A stretch of 61,179 nt of DNA, counting the filler, from Globobulimina sp. (Eukaryota): assembly GCA_003354225.1 (NCBI GenBank). It is 19 parts of 19 records of this genome, joined end to end, with 100 filler letters (N's around TTAATTAATTAA, not from the genome) between each part and the next. Parts side by side here need not be neighbours in the genome. Positions count along the whole stretch, not along the records: positions 1 to 3,128 come from PIVH01003652.1; positions 3,229 to 6,356 come from PIVH01003653.1; positions 6,457 to 9,583 come from PIVH01003654.1; positions 9,684 to 12,810 come from PIVH01003655.1; 15 more parts are not named here. One strand, written 5' to 3'. A model generated the notes under the pieces. It worked only from the letters and a program-made list of their open reading frames with translations. It did not search any database and was not told where the DNA came from. The stretch's first letter is position 1. Each line of letters opens with the position of its first letter. Of the stretch, positions 1 to 10,684 are shown piece after piece. The position numbers and the translations under genes are program-made.

Positions 1-2
1 TG

Positions 3-1443
3 ATCGCAGCTGGTGGCGGGTTAGGTGGAGGAGGAGTATTTGTCCCAATCTATATTTTAGTGTTGTCCTTCGCCACGAAAAACGCAGTCGCCTTATCCCA
101 AGCCACCATCTTTGGCGGATCTCTAGTAAACCTGGCCATGAATTGGAAAACAAGGCATCCAATCCGCAAACATCGACCTCTTACAGACTTTGGCACTTTG
201 CTCGTATTTGAGCCAATGTTGCTTGTTGGCACTGTGTTGGGTACATTTATATTGCATTACATGTGCAAGGATATGTATTTTATGTGTTTTATTTTACAAA
301 TTTTAAGGTGTTTTACTAAACGTAATGTTCCCAGCAATGCTAATCTTGATATTACTGATCGTAACTTTGCTTTATGCGACGTACAGAATCACCAAGAAAG
401 GATATAAAATGTGGAGCTATGAATCGTCCACATTGCATTTGCAACATTCGTCCATTTCTGGCTATATAACGAATGGAAGTGGTCCGTCCATAGATAATTC
501 TGTATTGGCTGAGGAAGTGTCGCAAGGATATGACACAACGGACAGCTCACTGACAGACAGTGCATTGCTTCACTATGACGATAAAGAGAGCCTATTACGC
601 AAATCGCATACTTCTCCATCGGAATCATATGGCAGTTTGGATGGGATTATGGAGGACAGCGATGACAGTGAGCAGAGTTGGAGAGACATGGCGAAAATGT
701 GTGGTGTCGATGTCTCGATGTTGGACTCGCAGAAAATAGCTATATTGCGGCCATTAATGGAGAGAGAGAAAGAAATATGGAAACCTATGGGCATTATTGC
801 GGTGATATGGATTATTTCATCGGTTACTTCCATAGCAAAAAATAGCAGTATTACAGGCGTGGAAAGCTGCAGCATTTTATATTGGACCGTGACCTTTTTG
901 TCCTTTCCTATTTTGGTGATCATATCGTTAGTTATCACAAAGCAGCAATGCAATGAATATGACTTGAAATCGAGGTCAAATGGATGGCTATCAGCAGTTG
1001 GCGATATCGAATGGGATAAATCGGTCATAAACATGGTGAAATATCCGGCCATTGCGATGTTTGCGGGTTTATTGGGTGGTTTGTTGGGTATTGGAGGCGG
1101 TATGATTGTGTCGCCATTGTTGATGGAATTGGGAGTGTTGCCATGCGTTGCTGCGGCCACTTCGGCCATGGCTGTGTTGATAACGTCTTCCTCCGCAACA
1201 TTGCAATTTATATTGTTGGGATATCTAAACTTGGACTATACTTTTTATTTTATGGCAGTTGGAATCTTGGGCACCGCCATCGGACAAACCATTGTTAGTT
1301 ATTGTGTTAAAGAGTATGGCCGGAAGTCGTTAATTGTGTTATCTGTCGCCGGTATCATGGGCGGCGCAGTGCTTTTAATGGGCATTGATGGAATATTGCA
1401 AGTTGTAAATGGAATTTCATGGTCCTTTTCATCGCCATGTTGA
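3..1443 (+). CDS. Sulfite exporter TauE/SafE family membrane protein, 5'-truncated, one intron (241..307)
   Basis: Exon 1 reads IAAGGGLGGGGVFVPIY...HPIRKHRPLTDFGTLLVFEPMLLVGTVL. Removing the 67-nt GT..AG intron 241..307 gives GTVLGVLLNVMFP, joining ORFs 60..407 and 325..1443. A second repeat GGLLGIGGGMIVSPLL is typical of eukaryotic TauE proteins. Confidence 0.9.
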
Positions 1444-1656
1444 TCCACATCTTTTTTTTATTATTATAGTTTATTTTATTGCAATTTGTTTTGTTGTGAC
1501 GCAAAATACCCAAACAATCTCAATGAGTTCCAAACAATATTTGATTGTTATTATTGTTATGTTTCCTTTTTTTCCTTCGTTTAGCTGATTTTTGGAACAA
1601 AACTCACATCTTTCGGATTTTGTCGGTGTTTTACTAAGATTTAGTGTTTGTGAGTT

Positions 1657-2172
1657 ATGTCAGTTACTTTGCATACCACATTGGGTGATATTAAGATTGA
1701 ATTATTTTGTGAATTAACACCCAAAACAGCCAAGAATTTCCTTGGTTTATCGGCATGCCAATATTATGATGACACAATATTTCATCGCTTAATTCATGAT
1801 TTTATAATTCAGGGCGGGTCAAACAAAGAAAAAAGTAAAGGAAAAGGAAAAGGAAAACATGACAAAAATATTTATGGAACGCAGTACTTTCAGGATGAAA
1901 TTGTTGAGACATTGAAATTTGATAAACGTGGTATTGTAGCAATGGCCAATAAAGGACCGAATACAAATTCATCTCAATTTTTCATGACATTTAAAGCTGA
2001 GCCACAGTTAAATAATACATCAACGATATTTGGTAAAGTTATTCATGGCTTTGATACTTTGGATAATATGGAAAAATGTCAAGTTGACAATAAAAATAAG
2101 CCATTGGAAGCAATTAAAATAATATCAATCACAATTCACTCAAATCCCATTGCTGAGAAAGAAAATGAATGA
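1657..2172 (+). CDS. PPIL3: Cyclophilin-type peptidyl-prolyl isomerase, PPIL3/Cyp10-like
   Basis: MSVTLHTTLGDIKIELFCE..PKTAKNF, FHRLIHDFIIQGG, RGIVAMANKGPNTNSSQFF, IFGKVIHGFDTLD, and the C-terminal ITIHSNPIA characteristic of PPIL3. Confidence 0.93.
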   Translation: MSVTLHTTLGDIKIELFCELTPKTAKNFLGLSACQYYDDTIFHRLIHDFIIQGGSNKEKSKGKGKGKHDKNIYGTQYFQDEIVETLKFDKRGIVAMANKGPNTNSSQFFMTFKAEPQLNNTSTIFGKVIHGFDTLDNMEKCQVDNKNKPLEAIKIISITIHSNPIAEKENE

Positions 2173-2262
2173 ATGAATGATGCAAATGGTGCAAGGATAA
2201 TGTATCATTAATTCGGAGTTTATTTATTTGATTTACTTGTGTTGCTACTAAATAATACCAAC

Positions 2263-2913
2263 ATGCTTTTCAAAGTCTTGCATTTGACGCATGCTGCACT
2301 CAAAAAGCATGAGTCCTTTTCAAAATGTGTTATTCATTTATATAAAGCATCATTCATTAAACAGCTGTTCCATAACGCATCATTCTCAAATGACAGATTT
2401 TTGGATGAATGTTTATCATATTTTGAGTCCGATGATGTTGTATGGTGGATGTTGTTGGTTGATAAGGAGTTGGTATCTGTTTGTATTTCAGTCTTGTTAT
2501 TAAGAGAATATTTTATTTATAATTTATGCACACATCCTAAGCATCGAATGAATGGATTTGCCAAATATTTGTTATTTGAAATACAATTACATGCAATGCA
2601 TAATTCAATCATTGGATTTAAAGGCAATGTCGATTTGGATAATGTTGGAGCTATCAAATTCTATACAAAATATGGAGCTTACAAAGACCAACATTTTGGT
2701 AAAAGTAATGCTGAGAATGCACCAACATTTATGCGGTTATTATATAGATGGAAGTATTCAAACAGTGATGCTCTGTTACAACAAATTAAAGAGGAACAAA
2801 ACTCTGTTCTCGACAGGTTTCAATGGTCGGTTGAGAGACCAAATAGGATTAAAAAAGCAATCATGATAACAATTGGTGTTTTAATCGGATATTTGTTTTA
2901 TAAAAATTATTGA
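2263..2913 (+). CDS. GNAT-family N-acetyltransferase with a C-terminal hydrophobic tail
   Basis: Motif A-like IYNLCTHPKHRMNGFAKYLL, motif B-like NVGAIKFYTKYG, and C-terminal AIMITIGVLIGYLFY. First in-frame ATG is at 2263. Confidence 0.75.
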   Translation: MLFKVLHLTHAALKKHESFSKCVIHLYKASFIKQLFHNASFSNDRFLDECLSYFESDDVVWWMLLVDKELVSVCISVLLLREYFIYNLCTHPKHRMNGFAKYLLFEIQLHAMHNSIIGFKGNVDLDNVGAIKFYTKYGAYKDQHFGKSNAENAPTFMRLLYRWKYSNSDALLQQIKEEQNSVLDRFQWSVERPNRIKKAIMITIGVLIGYLFYKNY

Positions 2914-3128
2914 AAATTAAGTGTTTTCTAAAATATTATCATTTCTATAATTATTTAAAATATAAATGAAAACAATATTAAGCTACAACCAAAAAAATTA
3001 AAAATATAATAAATTTAAAACTAAAACACACATAAAATTAAAATTAAAACTGAAACAAAAATTAAAATTAAAATTAAACATTTTAACGAATTGAATATAA
3101 ACATTTTTACTTCACTACTTCAAACATG

Positions 3129-3228
3129 NNNNNNNNNNNNNNNNNNNNNNNNNNNNNNNNNNNNNNNNNNNNTTAATTAATTAANNNNNNNNNNNNNNNN
3201 NNNNNNNNNNNNNNNNNNNNNNNNNNNN
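3129..3228. other. Artificial contig spacer N44-TTAATTAATTAA-N44 (first of 18)
   Basis: Identical 100-bp spacers start at 3129, 6357, 9584, 12811, 16038, 19265, 22492, 25718, 28944, 32170, 35395, 38619, 41843, 45067, 48290, 51513, 54736 and 57958. The 12-mer places stop codons in all six frames. Contig lengths never increase, running from 3128 to 3122. Confidence 0.99.
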
Positions 3229-3362
3229 AATTTCAGCAGGAAGCTGCAGCTGTAAGTCAATTTGCCTGGAACCATATTATATTGACTTTTGTGTTTGAAA
3301 GGCCTTAATAATGTATGGTGCTAGTAGTGTTAAAAAAGTTTTGTTAACTTTCATCATATGCG

Positions 3363-4557
3363 ATGAAAGGAAGTCGTAACACTTTCAAGATCAAAACAGC
3401 ATTGTCATCTCCATATACAATATCTTATATCAATTATGGAAACCCCAACGCATTGCATCAAATATTTTGTTGTCAGTACGTTTTATATTTGTTTTTTTTG
3501 AAGATTTGTAGGCAAAGTTATTGTAAATAACCATGAAAGTTATTCATAGCATATTCAAATCCATTAATTATGGAATTATTTGAGTGCCCGTAATAACTTT
3601 AAGGTTATTGATGATTAAACTTTACAATTATTGGATAACTTTGCCTGTTTATTAAACAGTGTTTAATACAAATCCTCGATATATTTTGTTTTCTTTTATT
3701 ACAACAGTGGACTGACAAGAAATGCAATGGATTTTGATCCTTTATCTCAGCATTTATGCAATGAGTACAAACAAAAAAGTAGCGACGATGGCTTCAATAT
3801 AACATCAATAGATTTATGTGGAAGGGGACATTCTGATTTTGTTTTGAATCATAGTCTATACAAAATTGGACATCATTTGACTGAATGTGATGATTTAATT
3901 ACTCATTTACGCTCAATATCCAATAATTCAGACGGGAATAGAAAAGCAACAATGTCATGGATTGGAACAAGTTTAGGTGGATTAATCGGAATGTACTATG
4001 CTGCCTTATACCATCCGACAATCAAACATTTAATCTTAAACGATATTGGACCATTTTTACCAAAGGAATTTTTAAATAATTTACGAGAATTTTCAAATAA
4101 TAATCCAGCGGCAAAGGATATGGATGAAATGGAACAAAAATTTAGAAAGAGATACGTTGAACAGTATGGACCAAATATAAGCGATAATGATTGGAAAAGA
4201 ATGGTTAAAGATGGCACATATTATGATGAGAAAGAAGGTGGTTATAAGTTATCGTATGATGTCAATGTTTGTGAAGGATTATTAATGGATATTGATGATA
4301 ATGATAAGGATGTTTTCGATGATTGGGATATATTCAAAGATGTTTGGATAAAAATCCCCAAAGATGTCAAGATATTAGCAGTTAGAGGACAGAATTCAAA
4401 GTTACTGACACGTGAAACTGTGGATAAAATGATTGAGACAAATTCGAATTTATCTGTGGTTGAAATCGAGGAGGTTGGACATCATCCTTTATTGTGTGAT
4501 AAAATTCAAATGGATATAATTGCCCAATTCATCGGTTTAATTGCTTCAAATAAATGA
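3363..4557 (+). CDS. Alpha/beta-fold hydrolase of bacterial type, one intron (3476..3707)
   Basis: Exon 1 is MKGSRNTF...ISYINYGNPNALHQIFCC. Splicing GTACG..CAG (232 nt) rebuilds CCHGLTRNAMDFD. Further motifs: DLCGRGHSD, nucleophile elbow WIGTSLGG, LILNDIGP, VRGQNSKLL, and catalytic His in VGHHP. Confidence 0.88.
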
Positions 4558-4627
4558 TTGGCAGTTTGAATATTTGTGTATCCAAAAAAAAAACTTTACT
4601 TTCAAATTCATAATTGGAACGTCTAGC

Positions 4628-6151
4628 AGCCGTTCAAATATCTGTCCTCATTGTGCGATCAGCGTAAAATTACCAGAAGATGATAACGCTAACAACACCA
4701 CACAATCAAATGAGTCAATGTTTTGCTGTTCGCGCTGCAACGGCGGCATCAAATACTCAAAAATGCAATTTATCCGACATCCGCAGCCCATCCAATATCT
4801 CCACATAGCGCCATTTGCCAGCAACGCACTCTCACACGAATTGAAAATGCCAGACCAAAAATATGATATCGACCTTGACGATGCCGACATGGATGAAGAA
4901 ATGCGCAAAGCCCTACAAATGTCAATGGAGCAGGATTTAGATCGCATTCTAATCGATGAATATTTAAAACCATTCTTCAATCAACATTCAACTCTCTCCA
5001 TTCAAACAGGCACTCGCTTCGTAATAAAAAACATCGAATTCAAAATATTTGCCTGTTACCCGCCGTATGGATATGTCACAAATGCCACAGAGTTTATATT
5101 AAATGACAAAAACGGCAAATTAATGCAATTGCAATCCCGGCCATTACATCGTATCCACATCTTACCCACCAAAGCTTCGCTGGAATCATACTGCAAAAAA
5201 TCCAAAATAAATATCGATGATGCGGTCAAAGACTTATTTTCCACGCACATTCAAAGCTATTTGCAAGGCACCGACGAGGCGCTTTACATTTGCGACACGT
5301 TGCAATTGGCGGAGCGCGCCAAGAATAGATATTTGATGGAGGAGGAAACCTTCATATCGAAAAATGTGCAGTTCCGGGTCATGAAATGTGAGCCATGCGA
5401 CGGTTTTATTGATTTGAAGCTAACCAACATATTTTGTGCGGGAAATGCTGTGAATGACATTAAGACTATCAATATTCGACCGGTATGCGACGGATTGCCG
5501 GTGAATCACAAGAATTACTCATCGCAGCAGATTGAGGATTATTATTTGAAAAAGTATTTTTATGCTCGCTCGAAGTATATAGACTGCAAAAATGAGGATG
5601 ATATTATTGACATAAAGGACGTGAGTTTTATGATAAATAGGCATGAATGCGTACCAATTAATGGCGTTTTTACATGTGGCACGATTGTGAGTAATGCGTC
5701 GCCGATTAGACATTGGGAGTTATTGCAGATACAACAGGAGAAAGATGAGGAATATGCACAGCAAATACAGCAGAATGAATATGCGGATTTACGTGAATCG
5801 CGTGCTCGCGTCGCGAGATTGTATGCAAATAACAATGAACCCTTTTTGCAGTTTATTCGTTTGTTGGAACAGTTTAATGGAATGAGGATGGAGGAAAAGG
5901 AAAATGCGGCGAATCGAGGAGTGAATGAACGGCTAATTAATACGTTACCGACATTTAAGTATAAAGAAACAAAGAATGAAGAGGATGGAATTAAATCATG
6001 TATAATTTGCTTAGAGGAATATAAACTTAATGATGAGTTGCGTTCGTTGCCTTGTTTTCATTCTTTCCATCAGGAATGTATCGATCAGTGGTTACAGATC
6101 AATGATAAGTGTCCAATTTGTAAAACATCAGTTCTTAATAACAGACAATGA
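4628..6151 (+). CDS. RING-H2 E3 ligase with Zn ribbon, UIM and three CDC48 N-subdomain-2-like repeats (start uncertain)
   Basis: C-terminal RING-H2 CIICLEEY..LPCFHSFHQECIDQWL..CPICK. UIM-like DEEMRKALQMSMEQ. Repeats resemble the p97 segment RIHVLP..YLKPYF..GDTF..VEFKV..P. N-terminal CPHC..CSRC. Confidence 0.85.
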   Translation, partial: SRSNICPHCAISVKLPEDDNANNTTQSNESMFCCSRCNGGIKYSKMQFIRHPQPIQYLHIAPFASNALSHELKMPDQKYDIDLDDADMDEEMRKALQMSMEQDLDRILIDEYLKPFFNQHSTLSIQTGTRFVIKNIEFKIFACYPPYGYVTNATEFILNDKNGKLMQLQSRPLHRIHILPTKASLESYCKKSKINIDDAVKDLFSTHIQSYLQGTDEALYICDTLQLAERAKNRYLMEEETFISKNVQFRVMKCEPCDGFIDLKLTNIFCAGNAVNDIKTINIRPVCDGLPVNHKNYSSQQIEDYYLKKYFYARSKYIDCKNEDDIIDIKDVSFMINRHECVPINGVFTCGTIVSNASPIRHWELLQIQQEKDEEYAQQIQQNEYADLRESRARVARLYANNNEPFLQFIRLLEQFNGMRMEEKENAANRGVNERLINTLPTFKYKETKNEEDGIKSCIICLEEYKLNDELRSLPCFHSFHQECIDQWLQINDKCPICKTSVLNNRQ

Positions 6152-6642
6152 GTGTTGTTTATTCCTGTTTTTATTTATTTATTCTATTAAATTATATCAT
6201 GGAAAACAGAGTGATATTGAAAGAAATGCATTAAACTGGTTTCAAAAATCATTGTCTGTTTTGCATGGTATTTTACGCATTGAAGATTAAAGGATTTGCA
6301 ACTTTGCTATTACTGGGACTAAAACCCAAAAGTTGTAAATCCTTAAAGTATTAAATNNNNNNNNNNNNNNNNNNNNNNNNNNNNNNNNNNNNNNNNNNNN
6401 TTAATTAATTAANNNNNNNNNNNNNNNNNNNNNNNNNNNNNNNNNNNNNNNNNNNNATCCTACTTTGTCATATTTATGTATATATATGATTAATCATATT
6501 TATATGTCATCTTTCATCAGTTTCTAATGCACAGCGTCATCTTTCATCAGAAATTGTAAAAAATTAAAAAAAGATCTAAAGAAAAAAAAATACATTCGAT
6601 CACAGTCATTCACAGACAATTATTATCGTTAATTTTATATAT

Positions 6643-7774
6643 TTAATGATCACTATCAATATCTTGATTACTCACAACCTGCATTCCATTATTATTGTTT
6701 GTAAATGCTCTGTTTATCAAACTATTTGATCCGCAAATTGAGAGATAGCAGAATCCCCAGCAACAAATACATCCCAAAATAGCAACAGATGACAATAACA
6801 ATGCTCTTTGCCAAATAGCCAACGCACGCAATCCATATAATTCATTTGTTACATTTTCCGCATTATTTATATCTCCTAAACATATAACTAATGAGCATAC
6901 ACCGCATTGCTCATTATCTAAATCACATAAACCATTGCACTCAGTACCATCCTCAAAGTATTCGTTGTAGCATTTATCACAATTCTATTTATTGAATTAT
7001 TGTAGAAAACATATGTATACTCTAATTTCATCAACACAGAAACTGCATATTTATTCTTATTGTACTGTTGTAGAATACATATTTTATAGATAAAATATTC
7101 ATGCTATCAAGTTAAAACGCAATATGTATTCTAAAATATAAACCGCAATAAAGATTATGCAGTCATATAATAAATACGCAGACAAAATAAGCAGAAAACA
7201 TACAGGTTGATTTATGAACGAGTCGTATATCAAAGGATTTATTAGTTTTGGCGCTGACTCGTAATCAACAGTTTTATTTGTTTGTCTGTTAAGCAAGTCA
7301 GGTTCACTGTTTTTATTTGTTTCTGTTGGGGCGGACTCTGGCAAATAAGATACAGTCTGTTGTTCATTAGTTGTAGTTATCACAATCTCCGGACATATAT
7401 TATAATATTGTTGCAATAGTGACCATGATATCAGACATTTAGAAGTTGGAGCTGATTGTTGCGATGATTTGGGGAACGAACATCGCGTTGCATTTAGACA
7501 GTAATTGGTAGCATCAAACAGATATTCTTCAGCTTCTCTGATAATTATTTTTGTATTAACATCATAACAATCGATTGAGTCACAACAATCTCTCCTGTAT
7601 ATTATTGGTGATTGGCTTGGTGATGATGCTATATATTTGCATGCAATATAGTTTACATTTTTTGTTCAATTTGAGTTGGGTCTTATTTGTTTAACTTGGC
7701 GAAGGTTCGTCAGTTACACATTGCTTGTATAGTATTGATGCAATAAAGTACACAAAATGTATGGTGTTTGCCAT
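6643..7774 (-). CDS. Multi-exon Cys-rich type I membrane or secreted protein, function unknown
   Basis: ATG 7774 gives MANTIHFVYFIASILYKQCVT (signal-like). A phase-1 GTTAA..TAG intron leads to RRDCCDSIDC..YCLNATRC.., continuing into ORF 7099..7416. The last exon has TM LLLSSVAILGCICCWGFCYL. Internal exon boundaries are not fully resolved. Confidence 0.5.
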
Positions 7775-7880
7775 TAGAAAACTTGCTAGCTTAAATTTTG
7801 AACTAGTTAATTATTAATGTTAAATATTTTTGGAAAGGAGGGAAAAAATATTAATGTCACTGTATTTTTCGCACTTTGCT

Positions 7881-9577
7881 CTAGCCATAAACTAACGTGG
7901 ACACAGTACCAAAAATGACAAGAAAAAACCCAAATATCCCAACAAAGATTGGAGGATAGATTGCCAACCACGCTTTGAGTTTATCCTTTGTTTTTTCTTC
8001 AGTGATAAACGACAGAAATCCATATCTCGAGCTTTTCACATAACAAAGACATGGAAGTACGAATGCCAAATTCACGCTCGATAGCGAGCCAATTACACCC
8101 ATCGCAGTGCCCAGATTGTCGACAACCAGCGCCAGACCCAAATTAACAAAGAAAATGAGACAGGTAAATGTTATATGTTGCCAAAACGGAGCGTTCTGCA
8201 CTGTATATTGCATATTATATAAGCTTGCCGAGAAAAGGAGCACATCACTCTGCAGGTTCTCTGTCGAGCTCATTCTAGATCTGTCCATAATTCTTTTCCT
8301 ATTCGTTCGCGTAAACCTCCATATCTGAAACAATACTTTCATTTTCCTGAAAGAGGCACAAACCACATGGCGAACCACGAAAAAAGCCGTCGGATACGAC
8401 AGTGCCATGGAAATCACATAAATGCAGCGTATAAATATAATGGTCGGGTCATCCACTCCATAGTTATTTAGCACGTTGCCATCCACTGCAGAGCCAAAAG
8501 TTAAGTACGCGGGAACCGATAAAAGCAGACTCGACATCATTGCTAAACTCACGCCTGTGAAGGATAGAATGCTCCAACGTTTTACCGTCGGGTTTAGCAG
8601 CGTATTGTAGTAAATAAAGGCGGTGTCGTGACATACAAAGCAGTACGCCACCACACCGACAGCTGAGCCCAAGCCATTAACATCAAACCATGTGATATCA
8701 GCGCTGGATGGCACGAACTGGTATAATATGTATAAAATATTAATGTTTGCACAAAGTATCAGTAATAATTTAACTTTTTGGGTGTAACCATCAATTTTAT
8801 GATACATTAAAACTCGGAACGTGAGATATTGATAAATGACAATGATAATAACCAATCCAATGGCAAATAGCTTGACTGCGCTGAATTTTTCGTAAAATGA
8901 AACATCTCTGAATAAGCATGGTGGGAAAATAACCACCATCGCCACAATTATGATTATAAATTGTCGCTCGTAGTAAGCATCGTAGCCCCAGATTTGAATG
9001 ACTTTATAGGAGGCGTCGCCTAGAATGATTAGATAGTTTAACATGGATCCAAAATCCATTAAAAACATGCATGTGCTGACAGCGATGTAGCCAGCATTGC
9101 CAAATGATACATATCCCAGTTCTTCATATTCGTTGACATCGACGCTCTGAGCTGCTTGGATGAGCAAATTGACTGTGTAGGTGCAGATGATTGCAAATGT
9201 TACCATCATACCGAGGCCTCCAATCAGTCCAGAATGGCCATACACATATGGGACTGCTGTTGGTTTCGGAATATATGTGCATAATCAATGTGTATATATC
9301 ATATTGTAATTCGATAATTATTGTTTAATTTGTACGAGTACGTACCTAGTATTCCTGAGCCAACTAATGCATTTAGAAAGTTGCTCAATACACCTTTGAT
9401 TGAGGACTCTCCTTTTGGTAAACGGTGGTGATGAGACATACTGGATGATCTGCGTCGTTGTGTAACTAGGGTTTCGTCAAGTGATACATAACTAAATTTA
9501 GTACGACTGAACGATGTGCCTGACATCAACGACACATTGCTTTTATTCAATGCATCTGTTGAGTTGTTACGTATCAT
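7881..9577 (-). CDS. Amino acid transporter, Aa_trans/SLC38 (AAAP) family; intron 9257..9345 and probable intron 8718..8774
   Basis: Splicing gives NFLNALVGSGILAVPYVYGHSG. YEELGYVSFG, AYCFVCHD, DGNVLNNY, LSYPTAFFVVR and AFVLPCLCY match SLC38A10/11-like transporters. Confidence 0.92.
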
Positions 9578-9685
9578 GGCGAANNNNNNNNNNNNNNNNN
9601 NNNNNNNNNNNNNNNNNNNNNNNNNNNTTAATTAATTAANNNNNNNNNNNNNNNNNNNNNNNNNNNNNNNNNNNNNNNNNNNNGG

Positions 9686-10597
9686 AAGGATGCGGTCACA
9701 AAATTGAATATTACCGGCATTAAGATGCTGCATGCAACAGATTCTGAGTTGATTGATGCGCCAATAGATGAATGTGGTTCGCGTGCAATTCACACTGTGA
9801 TACAATGCAAAAATCACGAGTTACTAAAATATTTGTTAGAAAATGGTGCTAATGTAAATATAAAGGGAGGGTTGGATGCAAACACCGCATTACACGAAGC
9901 TGTTGTCATTAAGGACAGCATTGCAATTAAATGGCTATTTGCATTTGATGCTAATCCTAATTTAATTAATCGGCATAGAAAAACAGCGCTGGATCTATGT
10001 GACAGAGATTTTAAGAGACAATACATCAAAGCAAAAATCTGTAAAAATAAATATCGGAATAAACCTAATCGGAATAACATATTCGCACAGCATTCGCACA
10101 AAAAAGCAGAGTCACCAATTACAGTCAGCGGGATACCAATCGACAAAAAAAAATCTCTGCAGGCTTGGTTCAAAAAAACCAGCGATGAAAAAATATGCTA
10201 TGAGCTCAAAAAAATAGAAATTGAAAAACGCCAAATTCCCATCACGGAGTTTGGAAATAATATTGGCATCGACATTGATGAAATTGCAATGACATTGCAG
10301 AAAATCCCGACGAAGCCTCGATTATGGGATGTCTGGATAAATCAACACATTTCAGTTGTCAACTCACAGAATGATATCTACAAAATCATATTTGGTTTAA
10401 CTTGGTTGGCCTTGAAGAAAAAGCATGGAATTGCGGCAAGGAAGCCGTGCTCAAAATATATTAAACAAATAACGAAATTATGCATTCCATACTTGCCACA
10501 GAATAATTGCGGACGGCTCCAATTAACGAAAATGGATTTTATTGAAAACTTCCATTCGTATTTGTATCAATTACATAATCAATTGCATGAACAATGA
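9686..10597 (+). CDS. Ankyrin-repeat protein, probably 5'-truncated
   Basis: GSRAIHTVIQCKNHELLKYLLENGANVN, NTALHEAV..LFAFDANPN, KTALDLC. The frame is open to the contig edge. Confidence 0.85.
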   Translation, partial: KDAVTKLNITGIKMLHATDSELIDAPIDECGSRAIHTVIQCKNHELLKYLLENGANVNIKGGLDANTALHEAVVIKDSIAIKWLFAFDANPNLINRHRKTALDLCDRDFKRQYIKAKICKNKYRNKPNRNNIFAQHSHKKAESPITVSGIPIDKKKSLQAWFKKTSDEKICYELKKIEIEKRQIPITEFGNNIGIDIDEIAMTLQKIPTKPRLWDVWINQHISVVNSQNDIYKIIFGLTWLALKKKHGIAARKPCSKYIKQITKLCIPYLPQNNCGRLQLTKMDFIENFHSYLYQLHNQLHEQ

Positions 10598-10684
10598 ATT
10601 AATATTTCATGCTTTTGTGTATTTAAATTAGTTTTATTTAAAGTATTAAACTTGCTGTTTTTTACATCTATCTTCGAAAGTTAG

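Noticed and set aside
2940-3128. AAAATT-like short tandem repeats
   Set aside because: Degenerate AT-rich intergenic low complexity with no spacer structure. Not CRISPR and not clearly telomeric.
3173-3184. Regularly spaced TTAATTAATTAA palindromic repeat about every 3.2 kb, superficially like an array or recombination site
   Set aside because: Always centred in N44 blocks. It is a synthetic six-frame-stop linker, and ORFs ending in XXX-LIN are artefacts of it.
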